From assembly GCA_030141605.1 (NCBI GenBank), contig JAQGDQ010000002.1:372001-436000 (forward strand): a DNA stretch of 64,000 nucleotides, read 5' to 3'. Both the position numbers and the translations under genes were made by a program. Below the pieces are notes generated by a model that was not told the DNA's origin, ran no database searches, and saw only the letters and a list, made by a program, of their open reading frames with translations. Shown here one piece after another: positions 1-11,474 of the stretch (positions are counted from its first letter, which is position 1; each line of letters opens with the position of its first letter). The DNA comes from Tubiluchus corallicola (taxonomy: Eukaryota; Animalia; Priapulida).

Positions 1-58
1 CCACGGAAGTAACTGTCCCATTCCAATGAGTGCAAATATGATGTAAACCACATTGTAT
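1..58 (-). CDS. Equilibrative nucleoside transporter (SLC29/ENT family), coding exon 2 (truncated at window edge)
   Basis: Minus-strand acceptor tttttcag (plus-strand ctg at 59-61). Reads (K)YNVVYIIFALIGMGQLLPW, the ENT TM1 signature (Y..F...G.G.LLPW). Phase matches the exon at 988-1109. Confidence 0.88.
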   Translation of the reverse strand, partial: MQCGLHHICTHWNGTVTSV

Positions 59-987
59 CTGAAAAATGACCAGTTAAAAATGTAAGCAAGTTTTGATACT
101 GCTAGCAGGTGCAGTGCATAGGTAAACTGCGATATGTCCTAGAAATTTTCTTTCCAAAGTTATCAGCTAGTCAAAAGAGAACTATTGATTGACTGAGCAC
201 TACACTGTGACTGCAGCACATTTTGGGTGACCAAGTCAGACCTTGGTAATGACTCAAGATCATCTGCATTTCTACGATAGTTCCTTGTCATAATTAATCA
301 CATTAACCTAACAACAACTATCTTAACTTTACAATATGCCTTAAATGAGGATTCTGCTTACCACAGATTACCAAGACATGTAAGCATAGGTATTACACAG
401 ATGCATGCCAATACACCTTTAAAAGGTCTTGCACATTATTCACAATTACATGCTCCTGAAAAAACTGATTCAACAAAAATACTTTTAAGTGGATGATAAT
501 GACCTTTTACATATAGCATTTTACATATTTTCATTCTGAGGTGCTCAGTTAACCAAAAAATACACAAATCAGTAGACTGCTAGACAGCAACTTATCTTTC
601 TTTTCTACGTACATTTTGGATTTTGGTTTTTTATATTGATCACAGCAAAAAAATTCTGATATTTGTTTGATGTACTCAGTCAAACAAATGCATTCAATGC
701 ACTTTAAGTGCATCATTCATTCATGTGAACAAAAGGTAACTCATAACTTTCTCAAAAAACTTTTTTTAGCATACTCCAAAATTATAAAAATTTTGCATTT
801 GCATATAAAACAGCAGGTAAAACTTTTTCAGAAGTTTATAGATATCATGAATATGTGTAATATATGAATGGAACAGAAGCCTTTCTCTCTCATTGTCTCA
901 CACACACCCATAGACTCCATCAACCATCAACCTACCAAACACCCATATGACTCTCTATCTCTCTCTCTCTTTCTCTTCTGTACTCAC

Positions 988-1109
988 TTGTCTTTTGGTC
1001 CTGGTTTACCATCTACAAGTCCGAGTCTGGAATCAACACGTTTAATCACAGGCTTCTGTATCAAAGCATCAGTTTCTTTAGGTTCTACATCATCATATGT
1101 TGTCCCCAT
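988..1109 (-). CDS. ENT/SLC29 coding exon 1 (cytoplasmic N-terminus)
   Basis: ATG at 1109 with an in-frame TGA upstream. Reads MGTTYDDVEPKETDALIQKPVIKRVDSRLGLVDGKPGPKD-K, then donor GTGAGT (plus actcac 982-987). The exon probably starts at 1282 after acceptor tttttcag. The PKDK|YN junction is typical of ENTs. Confidence 0.85.
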
Positions 1110-4100
1110 TGTTGTATCTTCTGTATTCACTGATGTAGTTACTCTATCAATGTTATGTCTTCATCATATATTTTACTAGACATTAGTGGCAAGCAACGAC
1201 AACTCAAGGTGGTGTCACTATACAATCCCAGGACTGCCATTAGTAAATATTCAATTTAAAGCTTAACAGACACCACAAATTCCTGAAAAATAGTAAACAA
1301 TTGTGTATCGGTCATTACATTACAGTCTAACAGAATACTGTTAGACTACCTCATGAACTCATGCATACACGTATATTCAAAGCTAGTTTAGGTCACATCT
1401 ACATGCACTTTAGATACTGATAACAGTAGACAAACAGCATAGGACATTCAAATACAACAGACACACATTTATGTTGATAATAGTAACACAGAAATGCTCT
1501 ATGCTCAGCTGTACTTAATCTGTAAGAGAACACTGGCCTGAAGTAGTTGCTTGTTAAATTTTCACAGTAACAAGCAATCAGGCAATCAAGTATTGCTCCC
1601 TTTAGCAGCTGCAGTGAAGGTGACTGCATTTCACTGCCATGGAAAGCGCATTGAAAAGTTGATGTAAAGAAAAGCGATAAATGAAAAAGCAGTGAAGTGT
1701 TTTTCCTTCAGTTTGACATACTGACATACTGAAACTTACCTAACCTATAAAGCTAATAAGAAAAGTCATGCAGCCCATGTTTTGGGGTTAACTACAAGAT
1801 AAGAGTCCATTCCCCGACACTTAGCATTACCATAGAATTCATACCCTCAGTTCCATAATAATATTGCAGAAATACAAAAATATATACTCATTTAATTTTA
1901 ACTCACACGCTTCTGGACATACAGATTATTCTCCTGATTAACATCTTTGAATAGTAAGCTGACTGTAGGTTACTTTTTAGTTTTAAGCATCAGGTCCAAC
2001 TGGCAATTTCAATAGATTCAGTACAACTTCCTGTAATATATCACTTTGAAAACAATCAAAGCAAAGACCTAAATGGCAAATGATTTAGATAGCACATCCT
2101 CATTAATGTTAAGCTCGGTAATAAAACTGTTGGAAAGACTCAAAAATGAGCACCTCAAAGTCAATTTAACTAAAACAGAATAAGATGATTCGTATCATAT
2201 ACGAAAATGTCTAGACTTAAAATCGCAAATCAGAAATAAACAATCGTGCTGAAGTACATACATGTCAATCTAATAAAATAAACACGGTAAGACACCTAAA
2301 CTGTCCAATTCATTGGACTACAAACACCACAGTCGTGTAAACTTAGCTTTGAACAATGATACTACTAATTACACTTACATGTGCGACAACCAAAAAGCAA
2401 CAGCTGCAAAGTTAATTTGTTCTTCAAGACTGAAATGCCATACAAGTTTCATACTGTTATCATGCATTGCTTCTTTGCTTTCAGTTTTGCAATGGTCTTT
2501 TTTTCAATGAGATTGTCCCATAATATGATAACATATTTTTGAACTTCAGAAGTACCCCTAATCTAAGACACCATACAGCAGGTGACCTATTGGTTGAACC
2601 ATTTTATGCAACAAATGCATAATCATTTATCGTGATGATGCTTGAAACGGAAATTTAATAGAAAAACTGTGCCCCGCCAAGCAACATATTAAAAAATGAT
2701 CCTAATTTCAAATCCAAAGAAATTTTAATATTATGTCACTGACAACTAACCAGGTCAAGGTCACTAACGCAGTGCTCAACACTAAATGAACTCTCCCTCG
2801 TCCTAATCTGAGAATAATACAAGTGAACATAAGATAATTTAATAAGGAAACCACTCAATTAAAAAACAAGGGAAAAAGAAAGAAAAGACTCCAGTCATTG
2901 TTACTATTCTTTTCATTAAGAATACAATACAAGTTCATACATTTAAATGTCTAAGCAGATGGATCGTTTAGGATCGCTGACAATATTATAATCATCTATA
3001 GTCTACAGCACCATGTTCGTAAGTCTTACCGGTAAGTTGTATTAGTGTTTTTTGTTCTTACAATCGTGCGTTTTTATTCTACTCCCTTACATTCTATTTT
3101 TATCTATCCTTACACCGTTCTACTTAGTCTTACATTTATTCTATTCTACTCTAGTCCATTGCAGCTAAAGCTACATTTAATGCTGCAGTTGTATCAGATT
3201 TTACAAACACTGTTAGCATTATTCTTTCACTCTAATGAGAAAATGTTTTTACCTGATTATTTTAACTCACGGCACTCTGCACCTGCTTGTTAACATCTCG
3301 TTGCTGGGCCTTACAAAAATGGATCACTCCTCACTCCTTTCGTAGCACGCAAGCTATAACTTGGATGATCTGCAAACTGGAATAATTAACCCACTCCAAC
3401 TCCAACTATCACTTCGTCAATAGAACCAACGCATACCACCAAACAAATGACACTGCAGGTTACTGATATTTGTTGTATTAATAATAACCTTGAACAGCTG
3501 ACAATAGGGGAAACAAAAGCGCGTCATAGCACAATTATGTAAGGCATTGTAAGGCCCAGCGCAAATCAACGTACTTATTGCAACTTTTGTAAGTGAAAGT
3601 AACAGATTAATATTAGATTAAAATATGTGAGGCAAGAGACAAATAATCATGATACTGTACGTAAGAAGTAGGACATGTTCATTGTATATGATTATTCACT
3701 AGCGCTACCCAACTGGTTAACAGACAGCGTGACGGTTTGCTGACTATAATACAACTGCAAGGCTTGAACGTATAAAAAATACGTTACTTAGTCTCGTTTG
3801 GATAAGCTGCATTAAATAATTTCATTGAGCTAACATGTTTTATTGCAGAATATGAAATAAAGCAAATCCAGGTCTCAAAAATACGCTTAATTATTTATTA
3901 TGTAATTGTAGCTTAGTACCTTTATAATACCCCAGATCTTAATTTATAAAATTGTTTTTTATCTCATGTGTTTTTGTCCATCACACATAAATCAATTTAT
4001 GCCACTTTTTCTCGGTCAAAGAGTAATCTAGGAAGTTGATACTTGGAACACGGGCAGGGTACATGGGTTAGTTTCGTAGCATATTAATTTCTGGATCAAC

Positions 4101-4560
4101 CAATACACATTTTAATTTGTTTACACTTTTTTTACACTTTTTTAAAGGTAATTATAATTTTAAAATTACTCTAAATTAATAAAAAATGTCTTTATTTAGC
4201 CTCCTATTACTAATTTAAAAATGTCTCATTTTGACAGCTACTTTCTAACAAACTGCGAAACGTTATCTTAATATTCAGCGCTGCTGACAAACACAAACAA
4301 TCTTTGTGTAAGGATTAAAGACAAACATGTATGCTTCGAAAAATAATGCATAATCCAATCACGGTAAAATTGAATAATCGTCGCATAATACATACAAACA
4401 CATATTTTATCAATATCTATATGAATTAGTGCAAAGTGCACATAGATAAATTTGTGGCTTTTATGAGCTTTTGCTTTTTACCCACTTTTGCCTTCAAATA
4501 ACCATGAACACAACACAGTTTAGCTTGTCTCCTCATAAGCTTTCATTTGACATCACAATT

Positions 4561-4740
4561 CCACAGAGTGGCATAGCTAGTAGATCTTTTCACTTGTATC
4601 TTTTCAGTGTGTTTATTACAGTCATTAGTGACAAGTTAAGTTGTCATTAAGTTACAGTCATTAAGTTCAAATCCTACTGGGGGTGCAAAATTTTTCAGAG
4701 TTTCTAACTTAGTATTGCTTTCAAGCATTTATGTGACTGA
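4561..4740 (+). mobile_element. Degenerate tRNA-derived SINE-like copy
   Basis: B-box-like agttcaaatcc (4664-4674) followed by gtgcaaaa...tctaacttagtattgcttt, a tail shared with the copy at 4821-4960. Confidence 0.45.
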
Positions 4741-4820
4741 TTTCATACTACATCTCTGCACAGTGTGGACAGTGATATAGTGGCTTATAGTGTAAATTTT
4801 AGAGTCTAAAAGATTAGAGT

Positions 4821-4960
4821 ACCTCTGTAGTATAATGGTTAGTATAGCAGCCTGGGAAGCAGAAGGTCTTGGTTTCGAATCTCAGTTGTGGTGCAAAACT
4901 TTCAAATTATCTAACTTAGTGTTACTTTTCGGTTTATATGACCGACTTTTGCTAAACGCC
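4821..4960 (+). mobile_element. tRNA-derived SINE-like element / tRNA pseudogene
   Basis: A-box TAGTATAATGG (4828-4838) and B-box GGTTTCGAATC (4871-4881) at tRNA spacing. The acceptor stem is poor and a non-tRNA tail is shared with 4561-4740. Confidence 0.6.
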
Positions 4961-5007
4961 TCTCCACTTTTGGGTTTATATGACCGACTTTTGCTAAACG
5001 CCTCTCC
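4924..5007. repeat. 42-bp tandem duplication (2 copies)
   Basis: actttt(c/g)ggtttatatgaccgacttttgctaaacgcctctcc twice, with one mismatch. Confidence 0.9.
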
Positions 5008-5478
5008 AGAATTACAAAAGCACAAAAAACATTATCATGTAATTCAAAATTTAAACCCTTCAAGAAACTTTATAAAAACTTTGTGACCATCTTTGTGGCA
5101 AATACAAAGTGCCTGAATGTGAAATACATTTTTATTGTGATTTTCATTCATGTAATAGCTTCGTTCTCTTTGCAAGGTTATGCCCATGATCACAGCATGT
5201 TGCAAACTAACAGAATGTGCATTGTTGGACACATAATAATTGAAACATGCAGTTGTTCAACTGATATAGATTTATTATTTGAAGTGAACAGACACTGCAG
5301 GTGATAAAAATGATAAAATTAACTATTCAGTAAAAATAGATTTGCTTAGTTGCTCATACACACTATTACATATACAAAAACTTAATAGTAAAAATTAAAA
5401 ATTAATTATATATATCACTATATATACATATAGCTAACTATTAATTTTTTTATAATCAAAGAGCTCACTGTTGCTTTT

Positions 5479-6543
5479 CTATGTTTTTGGTCCGACAACA
5501 TCCAGCGCAACTACAGTTGAGGCAATACCACACTGATTGTCATAAATTTTTATGCGTAAGTATCCGCCCTCCCCAAATTCAGTTCCCCAGGAGTTTCTGA
5601 CGACGTAGTAAGGCACATCCCCCATGAGGTCATACCCAACAATTTGCACAGCGTGATTTAAAATTTTATCACAGTGGTGCTGAATAATTCCTCCAAGATA
5701 ATCCTGCCAAAGTGTTGAATCCACAGCAGTGGCTATTGGACCATGATGGGCTAGTAAAGACAGCATTCCATTTTCAAGACCAACAAAGCTTTTGCACAGA
5801 TAATCATTAGTCTGAACACCAGCCTTACCAACTGTCTTACAAGATCCTGTTTTCAAAGTTAGTGGATACTCTTTTGCAGTCACTACAGCTGTTCTAGTAA
5901 AATTTAACCACATGACAGCCAAACAGAGCTCTCCACCAGAACAGCCATGGTTTCCAAAGCCAGCACAGTCGATCAATTGCTGAATGCTCAATGAAGGCAG
6001 TTTTTTTGTTGATATAGCCACCATGCTCTCCATAGTTTCTACTATGCTAAAAGCCCAGCAAGCACCGCATTGCCCTTGATTTTTTACAGATGAAACCACA
6101 TTTTTATGACGCCAATCTACATGATTTGGCACTTTTTTGTCTTTGTACATACTGGCTTTTCTGCTTAGTTGTAGAAGAGGTGATGTATCCAGTGGTTTAA
6201 CTAGCCTCAGGAACATGTGCTTAAATTCAGAAGGTGTCAGATCAGAAAACTGATTGATTCCAAACCAGGCATCTTCCCTTCCTTGCCTGTTGTCATTTAG
6301 TCTATTATGTCTACTAAGACTTTCAGCAAACACTTTCAAACGATAGTGATATTCTTCACTTCCTTCAATGTAGCTCTTGTTAAATTTGTCTATGAAGTCT
6401 CTGAATGCTATTTCCACTGTCTTGTTTAAGTTACTAATATCACTAAAATCATACTGAAAAACAGTTGGACTGTATTTTAACTTCACCCCAAAATTGCATC
6501 CAGCACATTGTAACAGAATTACAAAACCAAGGTAAATCTTCAT
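5479..6543 (-). CDS. CTSO: Cathepsin O-like papain-family (C1A) cysteine protease, single coding exon, 354 aa
   Basis: Signal peptide; I29 propeptide (ERFNIN-like EYHYRLKVFAESL, GINQFSDLT); catalytic QGQCGACWAF, NHAVQIVGY and VRNSWG; cathepsin-O-type WQDYLGGIIQHHC segment. Confidence 0.92.
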   Translation of the reverse strand: MKIYLGFVILLQCAGCNFGVKLKYSPTVFQYDFSDISNLNKTVEIAFRDFIDKFNKSYIEGSEEYHYRLKVFAESLSRHNRLNDNRQGREDAWFGINQFSDLTPSEFKHMFLRLVKPLDTSPLLQLSRKASMYKDKKVPNHVDWRHKNVVSSVKNQGQCGACWAFSIVETMESMVAISTKKLPSLSIQQLIDCAGFGNHGCSGGELCLAVMWLNFTRTAVVTAKEYPLTLKTGSCKTVGKAGVQTNDYLCKSFVGLENGMLSLLAHHGPIATAVDSTLWQDYLGGIIQHHCDKILNHAVQIVGYDLMGDVPYYVVRNSWGTEFGEGGYLRIKIYDNQCGIASTVVALDVVGPKT

Positions 6544-8939
6544 TTTATTTTCTTGTCAAATTTTTACTATCTGATAGCACTCCAGTATCATAAATAAACA
6601 AAAATGACAAAATTAATGTCCAGTAAATATCATGTGTTTTACCACATATGAAATGAAAATTCAAATCCCTGACTCCCTGAGTCCATTTTGGAATGACAAG
6701 CAACCTCTTACTACCATTTATGGTTTTCACTACAATTTGTGGGTAAATGATATATTGTTCTCAGAGATATGTATCTTGTCATGACTTCAAACAGTCTAAC
6801 TGGATATCTGTAACAAAGACAGTTCATTGCTCAATAATGCTTCAAATACTAAGAACAAGTGTTATCGTCTCATGTCATTAACTGCAGGGCCTCCACGAGC
6901 ACAGGGGCCCATGCTAAAATATTTATATGGCGACTTGTTGTATATAAATAAATATAACATATTAAACTATAAGTATTTGTTACTATATGACAATCTCCAT
7001 CTATATGGCTTACCAAGTGAGTGTCATTTATATGTTGAAATTTTTGTGTTTTTCAAGGTTCACGTTATGTTATTCATCGTATGCACTGATTAAGTTTTGC
7101 TGTACTGCATGTTTCTTGATGTTTACACACTGATTTTGTTGGAAATACCAATACAATAAATACACATCGCATGTTTAATTTTATCGACCATTTACGTTTC
7201 ATCCCCGGGAGTGTTTGTGTAGGTATGGGCCCCAGTGCACTGCTTTGCCGGGGAGCCTATAATGCTGTTACGATTTACCTACCTAAAAATGTACACATTC
7301 GCAAGGAAGTGCCAGAAAGACAATTTTTCAAAGTCAAACGAATACAAAAAAATCCCCTACAGTGCCAAAAGATCACTAACATATGTGTAACTTAAAATTC
7401 ATCTGAATTGCGAAGCTGTACTGTGGTCATCCTAGTTGAACCACATCTGAATATTGTAACAAACAAATCTCAGTCTTGTGCTTCATGGTGGTCAATTCTT
7501 AAAAAATACGATGAACTGATGCTGAAAACAAACCGTCAAGTGAAGAATTGAAAAAGTCTGAGAGATAGGACAACTCACAAGTTAAACTGTAGGACATGCC
7601 GTATATTTTGAAATGAGTAGCATTTTCTCCATCTTTACTGTATATATTATGATGTTTATAACTTTAGTAAATCATTAAATGTCATGCGATTGGCTAGATA
7701 CCTCTTCACCTACATTACAAATTCATAATTACATGGTACTATTATTAATACTTAGACCTTCTATTTATTTCTATTTATATTCTTGTATTAACTATGTGCA
7801 ATAATAATAAAATTAATGAATTCTAATTCCAACTAGGAACCACATCTGAGCAATTTCCAGTCTGTTATTGCAATGTTTATAAACATGCAAATTTTATTAT
7901 TGTCCTGTCACGAAAGTATTATGTAACAGGAAGCATTACAAACTTTATACATTTTGATAAATTTGTAATTTTTTTCGTGCTTAGCAGAATTTGATTTTAA
8001 AGTATTTAAAAACAAACTTTAGAAAGATAAGCTTACTAGCAAATTATATACCTATTTTGCTACAAAAGCTATGTAATGGCTAGAACTAATTTGCGCACTA
8101 AAGTAGACTGACTATAATTACGTATAGTACTTACAGAAAGTAAATTAAGAAAAAAGGGTAATAACTTTTCACGTAAACTGACACAAAGAAAACTTTGCGC
8201 GATTTTTGATTATACAATGAATTACCCTGTTGTCATCATACATGCAGGTCACAGTGATTAAATGATATGTTTCTCTTGCTCATTATTGCTATCATTATTA
8301 TTTCTGCTGTTATTTTCTGTAGCTGTTTTAATTCTTGCCAGTGTTACTGTACGGTTGTCGTCATCACTGACCGCTGTTCTTAAAATGTAGTTGAAACAAA
8401 CCGGCACCAGCTAGAATTCTACTAAGTTTTCTTACCTATAATTCAATTCAAAACTAGGGACTTTGAAAGTCACTTAAAAAGTGATAAAAGTAATTGAAAG
8501 GTCCACAAAAAAAAGAACTTGGTGTCTGCGAGACGAATTTAAGTTTTTCAGGCTTTAGTAGGCTGACGTTTATGACAGTGTGTCTCATGTTGTCCTATTA
8601 GTATTATGCATATAAAGAGCAAATATTGAGTCATAAAAAACATAAAGAAAACTACAGCTGCAGTAATTTGTAAGTGTAACACAATAACAAACTTTTAGAT
8701 ACAGCATATGAAAATAAAAGAGTAATTAAATTCTGTACATGTTCGAAAAGTTTTAATCAACATTATTACTAATGAATCTTGATGAACTCGGTTACTTCTG
8801 TAATATATTTTAGGGTTTTTGTAATCAAAAATTGTTTTCAATAAGCAATGTAAGATTTGCTTAAATTTTAAACAATTTAGCATACTTTAGAATTTTTCTA
8901 CTATTAATCATATTAAATTTGTATAATTATAATTTTTGA

Positions 8940-9091
8940 TAAATTAAACTTGCGGGTTAAAAATCGCGCAGTTGTAACATCGAAGTGGCTGGTGATTCTG
9001 TCAGGCTGTGTCCGCCAAGCCACGGTGCGATAAACGCGATGAAAGAGAATGTGTCGCCGTCTGTTGGAAATTCCCCCACGTGTTGTTAGTA
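8940..9091 (+). promoter_or_regulatory. Probable WDR43 promoter/5'UTR with canonical E-box, facing away from CTSO
   Basis: Local CpG enrichment in an AT-rich background; CACGTG at 9077-9082, just upstream of the ATG at 9092. Confidence 0.45.
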
Positions 9092-9280
9092 ATGGCGATT
9101 GCTATGGCTGGTCAAATCGCGTTTTCTTCTTGCGGTCAATACTTAGCATATTCCAGCGGTGATGGGAGGCTAAAATTTTGGGAAACAAACACTGGTGCAT
9201 TATATCAAGAATATACACCTAGCTCGCACCTTACAACGACTTGTACTTGTCTATCTTGGGCGCCAATAAAACGCGTTCGG
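9092..9280 (+). CDS. WDR43: WDR43/UTP5 exon 1
   Basis: MAIAMAGQIAFSSCGQYLAYSSGDGRLKFWETNTGALYQEYTPSSHLTTTCTCLSWAP, matching the WDR43 N-terminal WD repeat; donor gtgagt at 9281. Confidence 0.92.
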
Positions 9281-9640
9281 GTGAGTATACAATTTACAAA
9301 TTTATTATACACGTTTCTGCTTGATTCTAGTTATATCTTATTATCCTGTACTCCTTGTGTGATAACTATTATTGCCACAGGAGTAACAACAGAGGTAGTC
9401 AACATATTTCTCGTGTGAGGTTGTGACTTAATTGCAGGTAGTAATGAGTTTAATCAAAGAATGTTATATCCGCTTTACTTTAGTTGTGAGAAAGCTCAGT
9501 AAATTGATTATCAAGTGACTGACTTTTAAAACACAAAATTTGGTTTAGTACTTCACAAAAGAAATAATCTATAAGAAATCATATAGCAAGAAAATTGAAT
9601 ATGCACTGTGATGCATGTTCGAAATGCAAAATGTTTCTAC

Positions 9641-10666
9641 TGTTGGGAGCGGAGTAGGACACAGTTGACGTACATGGGCTAGCTCAGGTAGGACACTAGA
9701 GACTGGTCATGAATTGAGTCATTAGCCGTACTGGCAGTGTCCGTTGTCCTTGTTTATTTAATAATAATAATTGAAAACGTCAATACACGTTGAATAATTT
9801 ATTATAAATGTGATAAATCTGTGATAGCCTGATTTTGATTAAAATCTTGTGGTAACCTGTGAGTGCAGTGATTTTGTGTAATTTTATCTCGTTTGTGATT
9901 ATTCTAATTATTTAGGTTTTGTGTTTTTACTAGTTTTTTGTAGTTGTAGCATAAAGTATTATTTCATAAGAGCACATAATTTCTTATTAGATTTAAGTAA
10001 GTTGTAAAACTCATGTTTTTGCAGTATTGCATTATTGTATTTGTTATATTTTGTAATTGTTCTTGTACTTTGATTTTTTTTGTAATTGTAATGTTTTGCC
10101 ATGATACACCATTGTATTTGTGGAATAAAATGAAATTTAAAATTGAATTGATAAAATAAAGAATCTTATTCTGAGATAGTAGATCAGCCATTATTAAATT
10201 TAGCTTCCATACTAGTCTTTTTGAAGTGAAATAAGCCTGTTTTTTTAGGATCCCAACATCATTTTTTATTTTGTCTTGCTTCACAGAGAGGTGATCCGTT
10301 TCACTACCTCGTAGACAAATCATTTTCTACTGAGTAAATGGGCTAGCAAGCTATGTGCCGTACAGTAAAGCATTAGATACTTAGTATAATGTTATGATGT
10401 TAATGGAGCTAATAATAATGATGATATTATTGCAAAAAATACATTTGCAAAGTGTCAAGGACTATGCATCATTATTATAAAGTTACTTTTTTCTAAAACG
10501 AATTTAGTTTTATGCTTTAAATTGTGTCATAATTCTCGATTCTCGATAGAAATCGCGAGTGTCCTACTTGGGCTGCCCGTGTACGAAGCTGCTTTTCCAC
10601 AAATTTAGCACATGCGTTTTACCAGAAGTGTCCTACTTCGGCAAGTGGCATACTCCGTGCCCTACA
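9641..10666. mobile_element. Degenerate inverted-repeat (DNA transposon) remnant in WDR43 intron 1
   Basis: tgttgggagcggagtaggacac at the left end versus gtgtcctact (twice) and tactccgtgccctaca at the right end. Confidence 0.4.
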
Positions 10667-10717
10667 TCTGCGCTGTCTCATGTAGAACCCTGAAATTCTT
10701 GCTATCTTTTTTTACAG

Positions 10718-10861
10718 GAGAGATTAAAAAAAGAGAAAAAGCCAAAGAAGAAGCAGCGGTATTCTGATGGTGGAAAAGAATCTGAAGTTGTTGCTATGGG
10801 AACCTGTTCTGGGGCTATATTGCTATATAACTTTGTAAAAGCAGAGTTACAGTGTAAAATG
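10718..10861 (+). CDS. WDR43: WDR43 exon 2
   Basis: ttacag|ERLKKEKKPKKKQRYSDGGKESEVVAMGTCSGAILLYNFVKAELQCKM|gtaagt, phase 0/0. Confidence 0.9.
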
Positions 10862-11352
10862 GTAAGTGAGAAGATTTTATTTTCACAACGTTTGGTTTCT
10901 ACATTCACTGACCACAACCAGATATCTTTTCACAATTCACATCTTTGTTATGATTTTTATGATTAGTAGCTTCATTATTATGCACATGACACCCAATAAC
11001 CTCTCTAAGCTTTCACAAAAGATTATCGTGCGATGCTGGCCCATACTTTTGAGCCACAACTGTCTGTTTTAATTGTTCTGCTCTCTTAAGTTCTCTTAGT
11101 TCTCAGATTGACTCGTTTATTATTTTGGCTAACCAAGTTTTGAGTATCAATTTATGTCACTTTTGTTAAACATTAGATAATTTTCATATGGATTTTTTTT
11201 TCGTATGGATTACAAAGGTAAATTTCTGATGGGTTTTGTAACCTAGATTCACAGTAGTAAGCGAACAAGTCAACCAAGTGCAGTAAAATACTTATACATT
11301 GACTTTCCATGCTTTGTTTATCTTTAAACTTGCTTAGACAATGATTTTTTAG

Positions 11353-11474
11353 GGTGATGGTCATAGTGAGTCCATTAATGGAGTTGAGTGGGATATGCAG
11401 TCTGATTCATTATACAGTTGTTCTAGTGATCAACATTTAGTACATTGGTCTTTATCCACAGGCAAGGCTAAATA
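11353..11474 (+). CDS. WDR43: WDR43 exon 3
   Basis: ttttag|GDGHSESINGVEWDMQSDSLYSCSSDQHLVHWSLSTGKAK|gtaagt; WD40 repeat. Confidence 0.9.

Noticed and set aside
868-1179. 103-aa plus-strand ORF
   Set aside because: It is the antisense shadow of the ENT exon plus a CT tract.
9030-9045. gcgatgaa resembling the fungal PAC ribosome-biogenesis motif
   Set aside because: Imperfect short match; the motif is not established for animals.
9008-9418. 136-aa ORF as a standalone gene
   Set aside because: Only 9092-9280 is WDR43 exon 1; the rest is 5'UTR and intron read-through.
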